DNA from: a virus
DNA: 64,000 bases
IMG/VR virus record: IMGVR_UViG_3300012156_000141
Strand: one strand, 5' to 3'
How positions within the stretch are numbered: the first letter of the stretch is position 1; every line of letters starts with the position of its first letter. Both the position numbers and the translations under genes were made by a program. A model generated the notes under the pieces. It searched no databases and was not told the DNA's origin. It saw only the letters and a program-made list of their open reading frames with translations. Of this stretch, positions 9,672-19,944 are shown piece after piece.

Positions 9672-10263
9672 TATTGGATATAAAAAGAATCAGCCAATAT
9701 TAACAGGAGTAAACTATACTTTTGAAAATAATAAAATTTATGGGATTTTAGGAGCATCTGGTTGTGGAAAAACAACTTTATTAAGAACTATATCGGGATT
9801 GACTCAGCCTCTGGATGGAACGGTTATAAATGCTGAAAATATAAAACCTTATATGATGCATCAAAAATATACTAGCTTTGATTGGCTTAATTGTTTAAAC
9901 AATATATTGATTGCAGAAAAAGTATTAAAAACAGGAAAATTGACTGAAGCTCATGCAAGATATTCATTAAGTTGTGTTGACTTAGAAGCCCATGAGAAAA
10001 AGTATCCACATCAGTTATCCGGAGGCCAAAGACAACGTCTTGCATTAGCAAGGACATTATTTGTTAAACCTGAAATTGTATTAATGGATGAGCCGTTATC
10101 GGCATTAGATGAGGTTACCCGGACACAAATGCAGGACCTAATCATGAAAGTTCATAAGGAAACTCAAAACACAATTATTATGGTAACCCATAGTCAACGT
10201 GAAGCACAAAAAATGTGTGATGTAATCATAGAACTAGAACAGTTTAAGAGAAAGGAAAATTAA
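9649..10263 (+). CDS. ABC transporter ATP-binding protein
   Basis: GASGCGKT, LSGGQRQR, VLMDEP, H-loop MVTH. Confidence 0.95.
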   Translation: MISLNGLSIGYKKNQPILTGVNYTFENNKIYGILGASGCGKTTLLRTISGLTQPLDGTVINAENIKPYMMHQKYTSFDWLNCLNNILIAEKVLKTGKLTEAHARYSLSCVDLEAHEKKYPHQLSGGQRQRLALARTLFVKPEIVLMDEPLSALDEVTRTQMQDLIMKVHKETQNTIIMVTHSQREAQKMCDVIIELEQFKRKEN

Positions 10264-10266
10264 AAA

Positions 10267-10824
10267 ATGGCAAAGGGAATTTTTAATAAATTTTTTGAAG
10301 AAGTAGAAACGCAAGGTAGATTAAATGACGCATTCGAACCAACATATGACGTTTATGAAACACCTCTTACAGAAAGTGTTTCAGCAGCTGTACCAGAGAC
10401 AATGACAGAGAATATTATTGAAGATATCTATAGAGATAATGGATTATCGGATAGATCGAGATCCATTTACATGGTAGATATCTATATGGCCACATTACCT
10501 CCTGAAACACCTACAGAAGTTAAGAGTGTAACGGTTAAGAACATTTTAAAAGCTTCTGGAATCACAGAAGACGAAGTCGGAATTGATGCATTAAAGAGAG
10601 TTGAAGTTCTTGATGATGTTAAAAGAAAAGTTGTAGGGAGCAATGAGGATAAGATTAGTGAAGCCTGTATCCGGATTGAGGCTTTGAAAGCTCAAATCGA
10701 AATGCTGAATACAGAGATTTATGAGGCAAAAAACGATATGGCTCAGTATTCAGAAACTATTGATAGTGAAATTAAAAAAATCAACTCATTGGAAAATTTT
10801 ATTAAATTAGGTGGAGGTAAATAA
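10267..10824 (+). CDS. Hypothetical coiled-coil protein in the ABC/PspA operon
   Basis: 185 aa ORF coupled to its neighbours, with a C-terminal heptad pattern. Confidence 0.7.
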   Translation: MAKGIFNKFFEEVETQGRLNDAFEPTYDVYETPLTESVSAAVPETMTENIIEDIYRDNGLSDRSRSIYMVDIYMATLPPETPTEVKSVTVKNILKASGITEDEVGIDALKRVEVLDDVKRKVVGSNEDKISEACIRIEALKAQIEMLNTEIYEAKNDMAQYSETIDSEIKKINSLENFIKLGGGK

Positions 10825-10825
10825 T

Positions 10826-11578
10826 ATGACATTAGGTGTGTTTTTAGCAGCAGTTGCATTAGGTTTATCTGGATTTGCATTAGTTCTTTTTCCAGAAGTG
10901 CGAAAAAAAGTGGGAATCTTAACAAGAGGAACATTAAATGTATTTATTGAGGATAAAGCAAAGACTCCGGAGGGAGCAAAAGCTATTTTTCAACAGGCAA
11001 TTGATATTTCACAAGATAAATATGCAAAAGCCAGTAATTTGTTGAGACAACGGGCTGGAGAGTTAGAAACAGCAAAACAAGACTTATTAATTACCCAAAA
11101 GGAACTAAAGGAGTTAGAAACTACTTGTGAAAGACTTGTTCAAAACGGTAAATACGAAGAAGCCACTCTCATTGCTACTCAGAGAGAGGAAACGTTAGTG
11201 GATTTAGATCGACAGACAAAACTAATTGAAAGCTTAGGCCCAGTTGTTGAAGAATGTAAAGCTATTGCTAATCATCAGGAACGGAATTTGCGTGAACTAA
11301 AAGTTAAAAAGAAACAAATCATAACAGATCTTGAAATGAATAAGCAAATGACATCGATGTATGACGATTTAGATGAACTTAAAAAAGTGAGTCAGGTTGA
11401 TAAACTATTGGATAGTGTCAATGATGGCCATAAGGAATCACGTCAGCAAGCAATTGGCGCTAAAGTCCTTCATGAAAACAAACTGGAGACTAAGGTTGAC
11501 AGAGTTAAATTGAAGATGAAGGATGTCAAGAACAGTGATTATATTGAAGAACTGAAGAAAAAATACGAAAAAAAATAA
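10826..11578 (+). CDS. PspA/IM30-family protein with N-terminal TM anchor
   Basis: Long amphipathic helical protein (AIFQQAID...ELETAKQDL...YEEATLIA). ATG at 10826 follows GGAGG. Confidence 0.65.
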   Translation: MTLGVFLAAVALGLSGFALVLFPEVRKKVGILTRGTLNVFIEDKAKTPEGAKAIFQQAIDISQDKYAKASNLLRQRAGELETAKQDLLITQKELKELETTCERLVQNGKYEEATLIATQREETLVDLDRQTKLIESLGPVVEECKAIANHQERNLRELKVKKKQIITDLEMNKQMTSMYDDLDELKKVSQVDKLLDSVNDGHKESRQQAIGAKVLHENKLETKVDRVKLKMKDVKNSDYIEELKKKYEKK

Positions 11579-11640
11579 GTTGTAATGATTTTTTTCTTAC
11601 ATATTATTGATATCTAAAGAAAGAAAAGGAGAAAGAAATA

Positions 11641-13236
11641 ATGAAAAGATTTCGATTAACAAAGTTATCAAAGATAATTTTATTTGTATTGGTTGTATGT
11701 GCAGTCATTGGTGGTAGTGTTTTTGCAGTAAAGAAAGGTCTAATTAAGACAAAGTCGACAGCAAGAAACACAACTGAGACAACCATTGCAAAAACGAACG
11801 AAGCCAAAACAGAGTCAAAGGAAAATTCACCCGCAGCAGATAATAAAAACAATACTGCTGCAAGCACAAATACCATTAACTTATCGCTCGATGAGTGGAT
11901 TGGTTGGAAGTCTATAATTGATGCAAATGGTGGACTTACGACGAAAGCTGATTCTATTTATGGAAAGCTTGGGTTGAATGTCAATATTCATGTAATCAAT
12001 GATGCCATTCAGAGTTCAAATGCTCTTATTAAGGGCGACCTTGATGCAGCAGGATATACAATTAACCGAGTCGCTTTTTTATCAAAGAAGTTTACCGACT
12101 CTAAGGTTAATGTGGTTATGCCGTATATTACAAACTACTCAAATGGTGGTGATGGTATTATTGCAAATACTAAGTATACAACCGTTGAGTCATTGGTAGA
12201 TGCCAAGATTGGTATACCAGAGTTCTCAGAAGCTCACTCACTTGTTGTATGGTTTGTTAATCAGTCTGATTTGGCTGAAGAACAGAAGAACAAAATCATT
12301 GATAATTTAATTTGTTTCGAAACGCCGGATGAAGCAGCAAAGGCATTCTTTGCTGGACAGATTGATGTTGCGGCGACATGGCAGCCATATTTAAGTCAGG
12401 CACAGGATACATCAAATTGTCATGTGTTATTCAGTACAGCAAACTCAACAAAACTTATTATGGATGGTATTTTATTCAGAGAGGATTTTGCTCAGAAAAA
12501 TCCAGAAACTGTTCAGAGGTTTATTGATGGCGCACTTCAGGCTATGGATTTGTATGATAAAGAGTTTGATGCAATCCGTGAGGTTATGCCAATGTTTGCT
12601 GGTGAGAATGATGATTCGATTAGAGATATGACTGTAGATGCTGCTTTAGCAGATTGGAATAATAATATGACTACTCTTAAAGAAGAGGCACCAGTTGTAT
12701 TTACAGAAATGTGTGGTGTATGGGAATCTATTGGTGAAACAATTAATAGGGATATGAATTTATTTGATGCTTCCTATATGAGTGCTTTATCTGGAACCTA
12801 CCAAACCTTAGCTGCTAGTGAAGCAAAAGTAAATAGTCCCAAGATTACTGAAGAAAATCGCCAGTCTGTTATTGATGCTGAAGCCTTATTATCAAAATCG
12901 GCTACTGTAAACTTTGTCCCAAACACATGTAACTTTATGGATAATGCAGAAGCGGCAGCAGCACTTGATGATTTTGTTGCCATTGCGAAAACTCTTGATG
13001 GAACGGTTATTCAGTTAGAGGGAAATGTTGCATCAGATAATACTACTGAGGCTGAAAGGATTTTGTCAGAGCAGAGAGCTGAAACGGTTAAAAAATACCT
13101 TATTGTAAATGGTATTAATGCAAATCGTATCTTGACAATTGGTAATGGTGGAGATAAACCTGTAGATACTAATGATACCAGTGAAGGATGTCTCAAAAAT
13201 AGAAGAACAGATATTTATTTTAAAATTGTTGAATAA
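11641..13236 (+). CDS. NMT1/SsuA-like substrate-binding protein fused to a C-terminal OmpA-like peptidoglycan-binding domain
   Basis: N-terminal TM. SBP motifs DEWIGW and SNGGDGII. OmpA motifs LEGNVAS..LSEQRAETVKKYL..GINANRI..NRRTDI. Confidence 0.85.
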   Translation: MKRFRLTKLSKIILFVLVVCAVIGGSVFAVKKGLIKTKSTARNTTETTIAKTNEAKTESKENSPAADNKNNTAASTNTINLSLDEWIGWKSIIDANGGLTTKADSIYGKLGLNVNIHVINDAIQSSNALIKGDLDAAGYTINRVAFLSKKFTDSKVNVVMPYITNYSNGGDGIIANTKYTTVESLVDAKIGIPEFSEAHSLVVWFVNQSDLAEEQKNKIIDNLICFETPDEAAKAFFAGQIDVAATWQPYLSQAQDTSNCHVLFSTANSTKLIMDGILFREDFAQKNPETVQRFIDGALQAMDLYDKEFDAIREVMPMFAGENDDSIRDMTVDAALADWNNNMTTLKEEAPVVFTEMCGVWESIGETINRDMNLFDASYMSALSGTYQTLAASEAKVNSPKITEENRQSVIDAEALLSKSATVNFVPNTCNFMDNAEAAAALDDFVAIAKTLDGTVIQLEGNVASDNTTEAERILSEQRAETVKKYLIVNGINANRILTIGNGGDKPVDTNDTSEGCLKNRRTDIYFKIVE

Positions 13237-13238
13237 CT

Positions 13239-13263
13239 AAAGCTGCCAAATGGCAGCTTTTTT
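13239..13263 (+). terminator. Intrinsic terminator
   Basis: AAAGCTGCC-AAAT-GGCAGCTTT followed by a T-tract. Confidence 0.85.
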
Positions 13264-13302
13264 ATATAAAAAACTGAACAGAGTCAGCTTTTGAATAATG
13301 TA

Positions 13303-13574
13303 TTATATCATACTGTTATTGTCTAAATGAATTTCACCTAAATATAGGAACAATCGACATAGAACTCAGAAGAACCTTTCTCCAATAAAGTATAAAAATC
13401 CGAGAGATTGCAGGTGTCTCCGGTATAAAGAATATAGGTATTATCAACCTTCAAGGAATAACCAAAACATAATCCATTTAGTTCAAGAGCATGTTTTGTC
13501 GGAATAATATCATCTAACCAATCAATTGTTATTTTAGTATCAACAAATTCATTTAGTATTCTTTTTAAAATCAA
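13303..13574 (-). pseudogene. Fragment of a metallo-beta-lactamase/RNase Z-fold hydrolase
   Basis: TKHALEL..FGYSLK..ILYTGDT. No N-terminus or RBS. A frameshift near 13340 continues as LGEIHLD. Confidence 0.55.
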
Positions 13575-13630
13575 CTTTTTAGACTAAATAAAAAAGCATA
13601 ATATATACAAATATTCAAAGGAGGGTGTGT

Positions 13631-15037
13631 ATGGCGAAACTAAACGATGTTGAACTAAAGAATATTCTTTCAAAATTATTATTAAAATCATTATCTAATC
13701 CGGGACCAGCTAAAGAAATTGTTGAACAGGCTATGGCTGATGATGATTTTAAGAAACAAGTATCACTATTATGTGAAGCTTATATGATTCCAAAGCTAAG
13801 AGAATCCAAACTTATTGCAAAATCTATTGATATTCGAGCTTTAACAAGTCTGATAGAAATCTGCAGAAGAGAAAATATCGGAATTATTCCTATTGATTTT
13901 AGTGGCGATTATAAACATGTATATACTGATGATGAAAAAATAAGTGTATTAATCCTATCAGGTCAATTAAATGAATTTAATAAAATTATTTTAGAAGCTA
14001 ATGCTGTCTCTGGCACTATTTCTGAAATGGAACGACCAACCGCAGATTTATTTGCAAAAAAATTAAAAGATTCAAATCCGATGATAGAAATCACGGGTGT
14101 AAAGAAAGAAACTTATGAAATAATGAAGAAAAATATGGCGAAGTTACCATACGAAATGAGATTTACCTTATTTCCAGATGAAGTAGAAAATAAAAAAGTC
14201 AATGTAGGATTCTTTACAAAGACGGAGCCAATCATCATAAAGAAAGGCAGTTCTAAAGAAACAACTGGTCCATATGCTATTCCTAAAATAGCCTCTGTGT
14301 TATTAGCAAGTGCTATTTTAGAGAAACCGGATTTAGAAAAAAAGTATAAAAAGATACAAAAAAGAAATATGGAACTCATGAAAGAAATAATGGATATGTA
14401 TTATGAAAAAGATGAACCATATTATTTAGTACCAGCAACAATAAAAAGAGAGGGATACAATGTATTCATGGATCAGGCATATTATATTGACTATTATGAA
14501 AATGTAGATACACATGAAATGGACGGATTTATTGCAATGAAATTCAGTAGTTTAAATCATACTTTAGTTCCAATGACGGTTCGAGAATTTGATTTATATA
14601 AGAATGAAATTATGATTAATCCCAATTCAATTAGTTTCTATAATAGTAACCAGGCACCAGGATATACGGAGCCAGAAGAAATGTTAGACAAAGACATGTC
14701 AGAGTCACTAATCGAAATGCTAAATCGAAAAAGAGAACAAGTCCTACTTATGTCAGATGACTTTAATGGTAAAAATTTAATGAACTTAGATAATTATATC
14801 GCTGCGACAGTTCATGAAATTATTACCAGAGAAGATGAAGATTTTACCGATTGGTTAGAAGTAAATGAGCAAATAGACACTCGTGAGATGGAATTACTTA
14901 GTGATTTAGAAGAATCTTATTCAATGACAACAGTGTATGAATCTCATGACAAAGTAACTGAACTTATAAACAATGAAAGAACTGAACTGGAATCTTTACG
15001 CTCAAAATCTCCAGATCATGAAGAACTTTCACTTTAA
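13631..15037 (+). CDS. Hypothetical protein, paralog of the next gene
   Basis: 470 aa, GGAGG RBS. Shares NPMIEITG..RFTLFP..KVNVGF..GPY..YLVPATI blocks with 15058-16794. Confidence 0.8.
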   Translation: MAKLNDVELKNILSKLLLKSLSNPGPAKEIVEQAMADDDFKKQVSLLCEAYMIPKLRESKLIAKSIDIRALTSLIEICRRENIGIIPIDFSGDYKHVYTDDEKISVLILSGQLNEFNKIILEANAVSGTISEMERPTADLFAKKLKDSNPMIEITGVKKETYEIMKKNMAKLPYEMRFTLFPDEVENKKVNVGFFTKTEPIIIKKGSSKETTGPYAIPKIASVLLASAILEKPDLEKKYKKIQKRNMELMKEIMDMYYEKDEPYYLVPATIKREGYNVFMDQAYYIDYYENVDTHEMDGFIAMKFSSLNHTLVPMTVREFDLYKNEIMINPNSISFYNSNQAPGYTEPEEMLDKDMSESLIEMLNRKREQVLLMSDDFNGKNLMNLDNYIAATVHEIITREDEDFTDWLEVNEQIDTREMELLSDLEESYSMTTVYESHDKVTELINNERTELESLRSKSPDHEELSL

Positions 15038-15057
15038 TTACAAGGAGGTAATAAAAA

Positions 15058-16794
15058 ATGGCAGATACTGCAAGAGATGCCACTGCTTTAGCGAAGGCAT
15101 ATCAAGTAATTGCACATAGTCTAAGCATTAGTCTAGAAGCGGCAACAAAATTACTTGATAATTTATTAAAAAACCCGGGCACTAGTGAATTGGCAAAAAT
15201 GACACTAAAAGTCGTTAATGACCAAAATCATGATGAAAATAATAAACTGTTAATAAAAAATCTTCATCCAGAAGTGATTCCCGAAGTAGCTAATATATTA
15301 AAACGAGAAGAGCAATTAGCGGCTAACATAGTTAATGCTGATCAACATGATAAAGAAACAAAAAACTCAATTGCTTATTTTAGTTGTCAAAGCAAACAAG
15401 TCAATTTGGTTTTATCAGAAGCACTTGCCAGATCGGGAATTATGAAAGAAGTAGATAGAAATGTTGCCAATCAATATTTGGATAAATTAAAAGATAATCC
15501 TATGCTTGAAATTAAAGGATTACGTGTAGAAAAATATCAAATGCTAATGGATGATATTTCAAAAATGGAATTTCCATTAAATCGAATAACATTCTTTCCT
15601 AAATACTATGAAGAAAATGGCAGTCAAAAAGTTGATGTTGGCTTTTTAAGTAATACATCTAGTAAGAACATTAGGAATAAAGATGGTCAGATTAAAATAG
15701 CTGGACCATATTCAACGGCAGATATTATAAAAGGATTACTAGTTAAACAGCAAATTCTAGAAAACTCTAAAAACGGAGCAACTTATGAAGAATTTATTAA
15801 TAAAAAAGCTGAATATAGAAATTCAATTCAAACAAACTATTTAAATCTAAATAACATCAGTAGAGATGGAATATCTTTATCTAGTGTATATGATAGAATT
15901 AAGCGCTTAAACATTAGCAACAGAGATAAAGGTGTCTTAGTTGATTTGCTAAATAAATCAAAAAATTCAAGAAGCAGCCGAAATCTTTTTGTGTCTGAAC
16001 TAAACAAATTAGAAATAGATCAGCAAATGAAAGATAATATTACGCAGAAAGTAAATGAATTAAGTAATGTTGACTATTTGGTTCCTGCAACTGTCTCTAT
16101 TGTAAACAATGAACCCGTATATCAATTGGATAGAAACTATATTTCAATTGGTGCAACTGTAGTGGCACACGCTGATGGAAAAGCAACACCACTTAATCTA
16201 AATAAAGCTGAAGATGAAATTGATTACTTTATAAAAGCAAATCTTGGTGCAGATGATAGAACTGTGTTAGTATTAAATGAAAAGGAATTTGAAGCATACA
16301 ACAGCAAAAAGAAATTTAGAAAAGATCAAATTGAATTTGCTGCTAATGGAGGAGATAAGATTAGTGATGAATACATAAAGATTAAAGATATGGATAATCC
16401 ATCAGAGAGAATAACACATGTAATGAACGAGAATAAAGAATATTTCGAAGCTTCTCATGAGGGTATGGATATTCTTGATATAGAATCTGAAAAGAATTCA
16501 CCTGGATATATAAAAGATCTTTTTATGGATTATAAATCTCAAATCATTGGTGATTTAGAGCATCAAGAAAAATTAGAAATAGCGATAGAAGACGTTGAAG
16601 ACAGATTTATTATTAATCCAGTTGCAGATTTTCTTAGTGTAGATAAAATCTTAGAAGATATAGAGCAAGATGCAATTTTTGATGATAAAGATCATGATCG
16701 TCAGAATTATAATTTTGACCCAGCCTTTGAAGACAATCCGTATGACATAAACAAAGATGGTATAGATGATAGAGATCAATTCGAAATATTTTAA
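15058..16794 (+). CDS. Hypothetical protein, paralog of the previous gene
   Basis: 578 aa with NPMLEIKG..RITFFP..KVDVGF..GPY..YLVPATV and an acidic tail. Confidence 0.8.
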   Translation: MADTARDATALAKAYQVIAHSLSISLEAATKLLDNLLKNPGTSELAKMTLKVVNDQNHDENNKLLIKNLHPEVIPEVANILKREEQLAANIVNADQHDKETKNSIAYFSCQSKQVNLVLSEALARSGIMKEVDRNVANQYLDKLKDNPMLEIKGLRVEKYQMLMDDISKMEFPLNRITFFPKYYEENGSQKVDVGFLSNTSSKNIRNKDGQIKIAGPYSTADIIKGLLVKQQILENSKNGATYEEFINKKAEYRNSIQTNYLNLNNISRDGISLSSVYDRIKRLNISNRDKGVLVDLLNKSKNSRSSRNLFVSELNKLEIDQQMKDNITQKVNELSNVDYLVPATVSIVNNEPVYQLDRNYISIGATVVAHADGKATPLNLNKAEDEIDYFIKANLGADDRTVLVLNEKEFEAYNSKKKFRKDQIEFAANGGDKISDEYIKIKDMDNPSERITHVMNENKEYFEASHEGMDILDIESEKNSPGYIKDLFMDYKSQIIGDLEHQEKLEIAIEDVEDRFIINPVADFLSVDKILEDIEQDAIFDDKDHDRQNYNFDPAFEDNPYDINKDGIDDRDQFEIF

Positions 16795-16816
16795 AGAGCC
16801 AATAGGGCTCTTTTTT
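16793..16816 (+). terminator. Intrinsic terminator
   Basis: AAAGAGCC-AATAG-GGCTCTTT followed by further T residues. Confidence 0.8.
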
Positions 16817-16893
16817 AGTTAAAGCCATATATTTCTTGTTTTTGAATATCCCAAAATTCATACTAAAGTCAGGAAAATAGAAAGGAGATATTT

Positions 16894-19080
16894 ATGAAAC
16901 AAAAAAAACCAGATTATTTTACAATTATATTTACAGCAGTAGTGGGTTATCTTTTTGTTATTATTTTAGCATTACACTCTGGCCCAAGTTATTTGGAAAA
17001 GAAGAATGTTTTTACGGCAATAATAGAGGGTGCTTCATCACTAATAAATAGCCCAGCAAATATAGTTGTTAATTCAGGCACATTTATATGTTTAGCTTAC
17101 TATACCGTAATTTTTGCTTTTGTGGCATTATGGGCAAAAATACAAAGTGAAGTAAATGGGAAAATTGATAAAGAGCCGGGTGGTACTGCTAAGTTTGAAG
17201 TGAATTTTAAAAAATTTCAAAAAAAATATACCGATTTAAAAAATCCCTTCAACAATATTATCTTAACAGAAAATATAGCTTTAAACATGAACTCTTATCA
17301 AACTAGACGAAATAACAATGTATTAGTCGTCGGTGGCTCTGGCTCTGGTAAAACAAGATTCATGATTAAACCAAATTTGTTACAGGCAAATTGTTCATTT
17401 GTAATCACTGACCCAAAAGGTGAAATTTTGGAATCAGAAGGAGCAATGCTGGAAAAACATGGTTATCGTATCAAAGTATTTAATCTGGTGGATATGATGC
17501 ATTCCAATTCATATAACCCGTTTAAATACATAAGAGATGATTTAGGCGTTCTAATGATGATTAACTGCCTTATTAAAAATACAAATAATGGGCAAAAAGG
17601 TGGTGACCCATTCTGGGAAAAATCTGAAACAGCACTATTGCAAGCTTTGGTTTTCTATTTAAAAGACAATCCTTCAATACCTGATTCAGAGAAAAACTTC
17701 ACAGCTGTTATGAAACTTTTACAAGCAGCAGAAGTAAATGAAAACGACCCAAATACACAATCGCCATTAGATAAATTATTTGCAAAACTTGAAACTGAAC
17801 AACCCAATAGTATTGCCGTAAAACAATATAAAACATTTAAAATGGGTGCTGGAAAAACATTGAAATCAATTCTTATTTCCTGTGCGGTAAGATTAACCGT
17901 ATTTAACCTGCAGGAAATTGAAAATCTTACTATGATGGATGACTTAGAATTGAAACGTATTAGCGATGAGAAGACTGCTTTGTTCGTAGTTATTCCAGCA
18001 GCCGACGATACCTACAACTTCTTGGTATCTATGATGTACTCTCAATTATTTGAAACACTATATTATCATGCTGAAAATGAGTGCCCTTATGAATATTACA
18101 TTAAAGAAAGCAATGATGTATTAGCAATTGCTGAAAAAAATGAAAAGGGAGATAAGTATACTGAAAGAGATGCAAAAAGGTTATTGGAATCGATTAAACG
18201 AGCACCAATCAAAAGAAGTAATAAAGGTAAATATATAGTAAAAGCAAGAGGGTTTGAAAAAACATTTAATAGTGAAGAAAATGCTAAAGAATACAAAGCA
18301 AGAATAGATAAAGCTGAAATAGTGAGAGGTGCAATCAGACTACCTTATCCAGTAAGATTTCTGTTAGATGAATTTGCGAACATCGGCCAAATTCCAGATT
18401 TCACTAAAAAGCTCGCAACAATGAGGCAATATGAAATCAGCTGTACGATCATTCTTCAAAACTTAGCTCAGATTAAAACTATGTATAAAGATGATTGGGA
18501 ATCTATAGTTGGAAACTGTGATTCTTTCCTGTTTTTGGGTGGTCAAGAGTACTCAACTCTAGAATATATTTCTAAACTACTAGGGAAGACAACTATACAA
18601 AATAGAGGCAGAAGCAGAAACCGTAGCGCAAAAGGTGGTGGTTCTGGTTTGTCTATTCAAAATCAAGGAAAAGAGCTTATGGCTGTTAATGAAATATCAA
18701 CAATGCCTAAAGATGAGTGCTTACTGATTATAAATGGTATGAACCCATTTTATGATAAAAAATATAATTTGGAAAAGCACCCTCACTTTGATGAGAGTGG
18801 AGATTCTAAAAAAGGCAGCAAGTTTGATTGTAAGAAAAAAATCTTGAATTATGGATTGCAACAGCAAAATAAAAAAAATAAATTATCGGCAGGCGAAGAA
18901 ATTGGTGCAAATCAATACATTGGAAAAGCAGAGCAATTAGATCATGTATTCAAAGATAATAATATTAACTCTATTAGTGATGCTGTAGAGAGAATAACAT
19001 TAAAGAAGGGTCAGGTTATTGTAAATGAAAGTATTAACAAGGAAACTGGAGAAGCAGAGTTTGATTATAACATTGATTAA
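16894..19080 (+). CDS. virD4: Type IV coupling protein VirD4/TraG
   Basis: N-terminal TMs, GGSGSGKT, ITDPKGE, DPFWE, FLLDEFANIG, LQNLAQ. Confidence 0.95.
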   Translation: MKQKKPDYFTIIFTAVVGYLFVIILALHSGPSYLEKKNVFTAIIEGASSLINSPANIVVNSGTFICLAYYTVIFAFVALWAKIQSEVNGKIDKEPGGTAKFEVNFKKFQKKYTDLKNPFNNIILTENIALNMNSYQTRRNNNVLVVGGSGSGKTRFMIKPNLLQANCSFVITDPKGEILESEGAMLEKHGYRIKVFNLVDMMHSNSYNPFKYIRDDLGVLMMINCLIKNTNNGQKGGDPFWEKSETALLQALVFYLKDNPSIPDSEKNFTAVMKLLQAAEVNENDPNTQSPLDKLFAKLETEQPNSIAVKQYKTFKMGAGKTLKSILISCAVRLTVFNLQEIENLTMMDDLELKRISDEKTALFVVIPAADDTYNFLVSMMYSQLFETLYYHAENECPYEYYIKESNDVLAIAEKNEKGDKYTERDAKRLLESIKRAPIKRSNKGKYIVKARGFEKTFNSEENAKEYKARIDKAEIVRGAIRLPYPVRFLLDEFANIGQIPDFTKKLATMRQYEISCTIILQNLAQIKTMYKDDWESIVGNCDSFLFLGGQEYSTLEYISKLLGKTTIQNRGRSRNRSAKGGGSGLSIQNQGKELMAVNEISTMPKDECLLIINGMNPFYDKKYNLEKHPHFDESGDSKKGSKFDCKKKILNYGLQQQNKKNKLSAGEEIGANQYIGKAEQLDHVFKDNNINSISDAVERITLKKGQVIVNESINKETGEAEFDYNID

Positions 19081-19187
19081 AACGCAGTGGAAACACTGCT
19101 TTATTTTTTTAATAGGCTTTTTATTAAAAAATGCTCATTTTAACAAAATCCATATTTCATATTTAATTTGAGGAGGCGAAAAAAGTT

Positions 19188-19472
19188 ATGAAGAAAATAT
19201 ATAAGTTGATTCCATTTATGCAGATTTTAATTCCAATGAATGTCTTAGCAAGTGAAGCAGCGGCAGACAGATTGGACCGTAGAATGTTAGAAGCAATATT
19301 GATTTTTTTAAGATATTCATCATATCCACTTATTGCTATATCAATCGGGATGTTTGTTTATTCAATAAAAAATGAAGATGGTGCTATGAAGACATCATCT
19401 TTAAAAATATTTGGAATTTCAATGTTATTGTTTTCTCTTCATTCTCTTTGTGTAGCTTCTGGTCTTTGCTAA
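19188..19472 (+). CDS. VirB2/TrbC-like pilin, copy 1
   Basis: Leader plus two hydrophobic helices around SIKNEDGAMK. Confidence 0.6.
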   Translation: MKKIYKLIPFMQILIPMNVLASEAAADRLDRRMLEAILIFLRYSSYPLIAISIGMFVYSIKNEDGAMKTSSLKIFGISMLLFSLHSLCVASGLC

Positions 19473-19492
19473 TAAAAAAAGGAGATTTAACC

Positions 19493-19891
19493 ATGGTGAA
19501 AAATTTAAAATCAAAGATTTATGAGAAAAGAGAAAGCTTAAAAGAATTTGCTGCTTCAAACAAGACCATTCAAGCAGGACAAAATGCATTAATTAGTGCT
19601 GGGTTTTTAGCATTAACACCATTGAGTACATATGCACTTGCCACTGTAGCTAATCCAGGAGAGATGATTAATAAACTTATTTCAGTAGTTTGTGACATTT
19701 TTAGAATGATTGGTGCGATTTTACTTGTTTGGGCAATCGGCCAGCTTGTATTGGCATTTAAAAATGAAGATGCTGATTCAAAATCAAGAGCCATGCTGGT
19801 TTTAGTTTGTTCAATATTATTACTATCACTAAAAACATTGTATACAGCTGTTACTGGTGTAGATGTTGGAGATTCAGGACTAGGTCTGTAA
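19493..19891 (+). CDS. VirB2/TrbC-like pilin, copy 2
   Basis: Long leader and GQLVLAFKNEDADSKSRAMLVL. ATG at 19493 follows AAGGAG. Confidence 0.7.
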   Translation: MVKNLKSKIYEKRESLKEFAASNKTIQAGQNALISAGFLALTPLSTYALATVANPGEMINKLISVVCDIFRMIGAILLVWAIGQLVLAFKNEDADSKSRAMLVLVCSILLLSLKTLYTAVTGVDVGDSGLGL

Positions 19892-19944
19892 TATGATTAA
19901 AAATATAGAGGCTTTTGGTTATCCAAAGGCTTCTATCAAAAACA

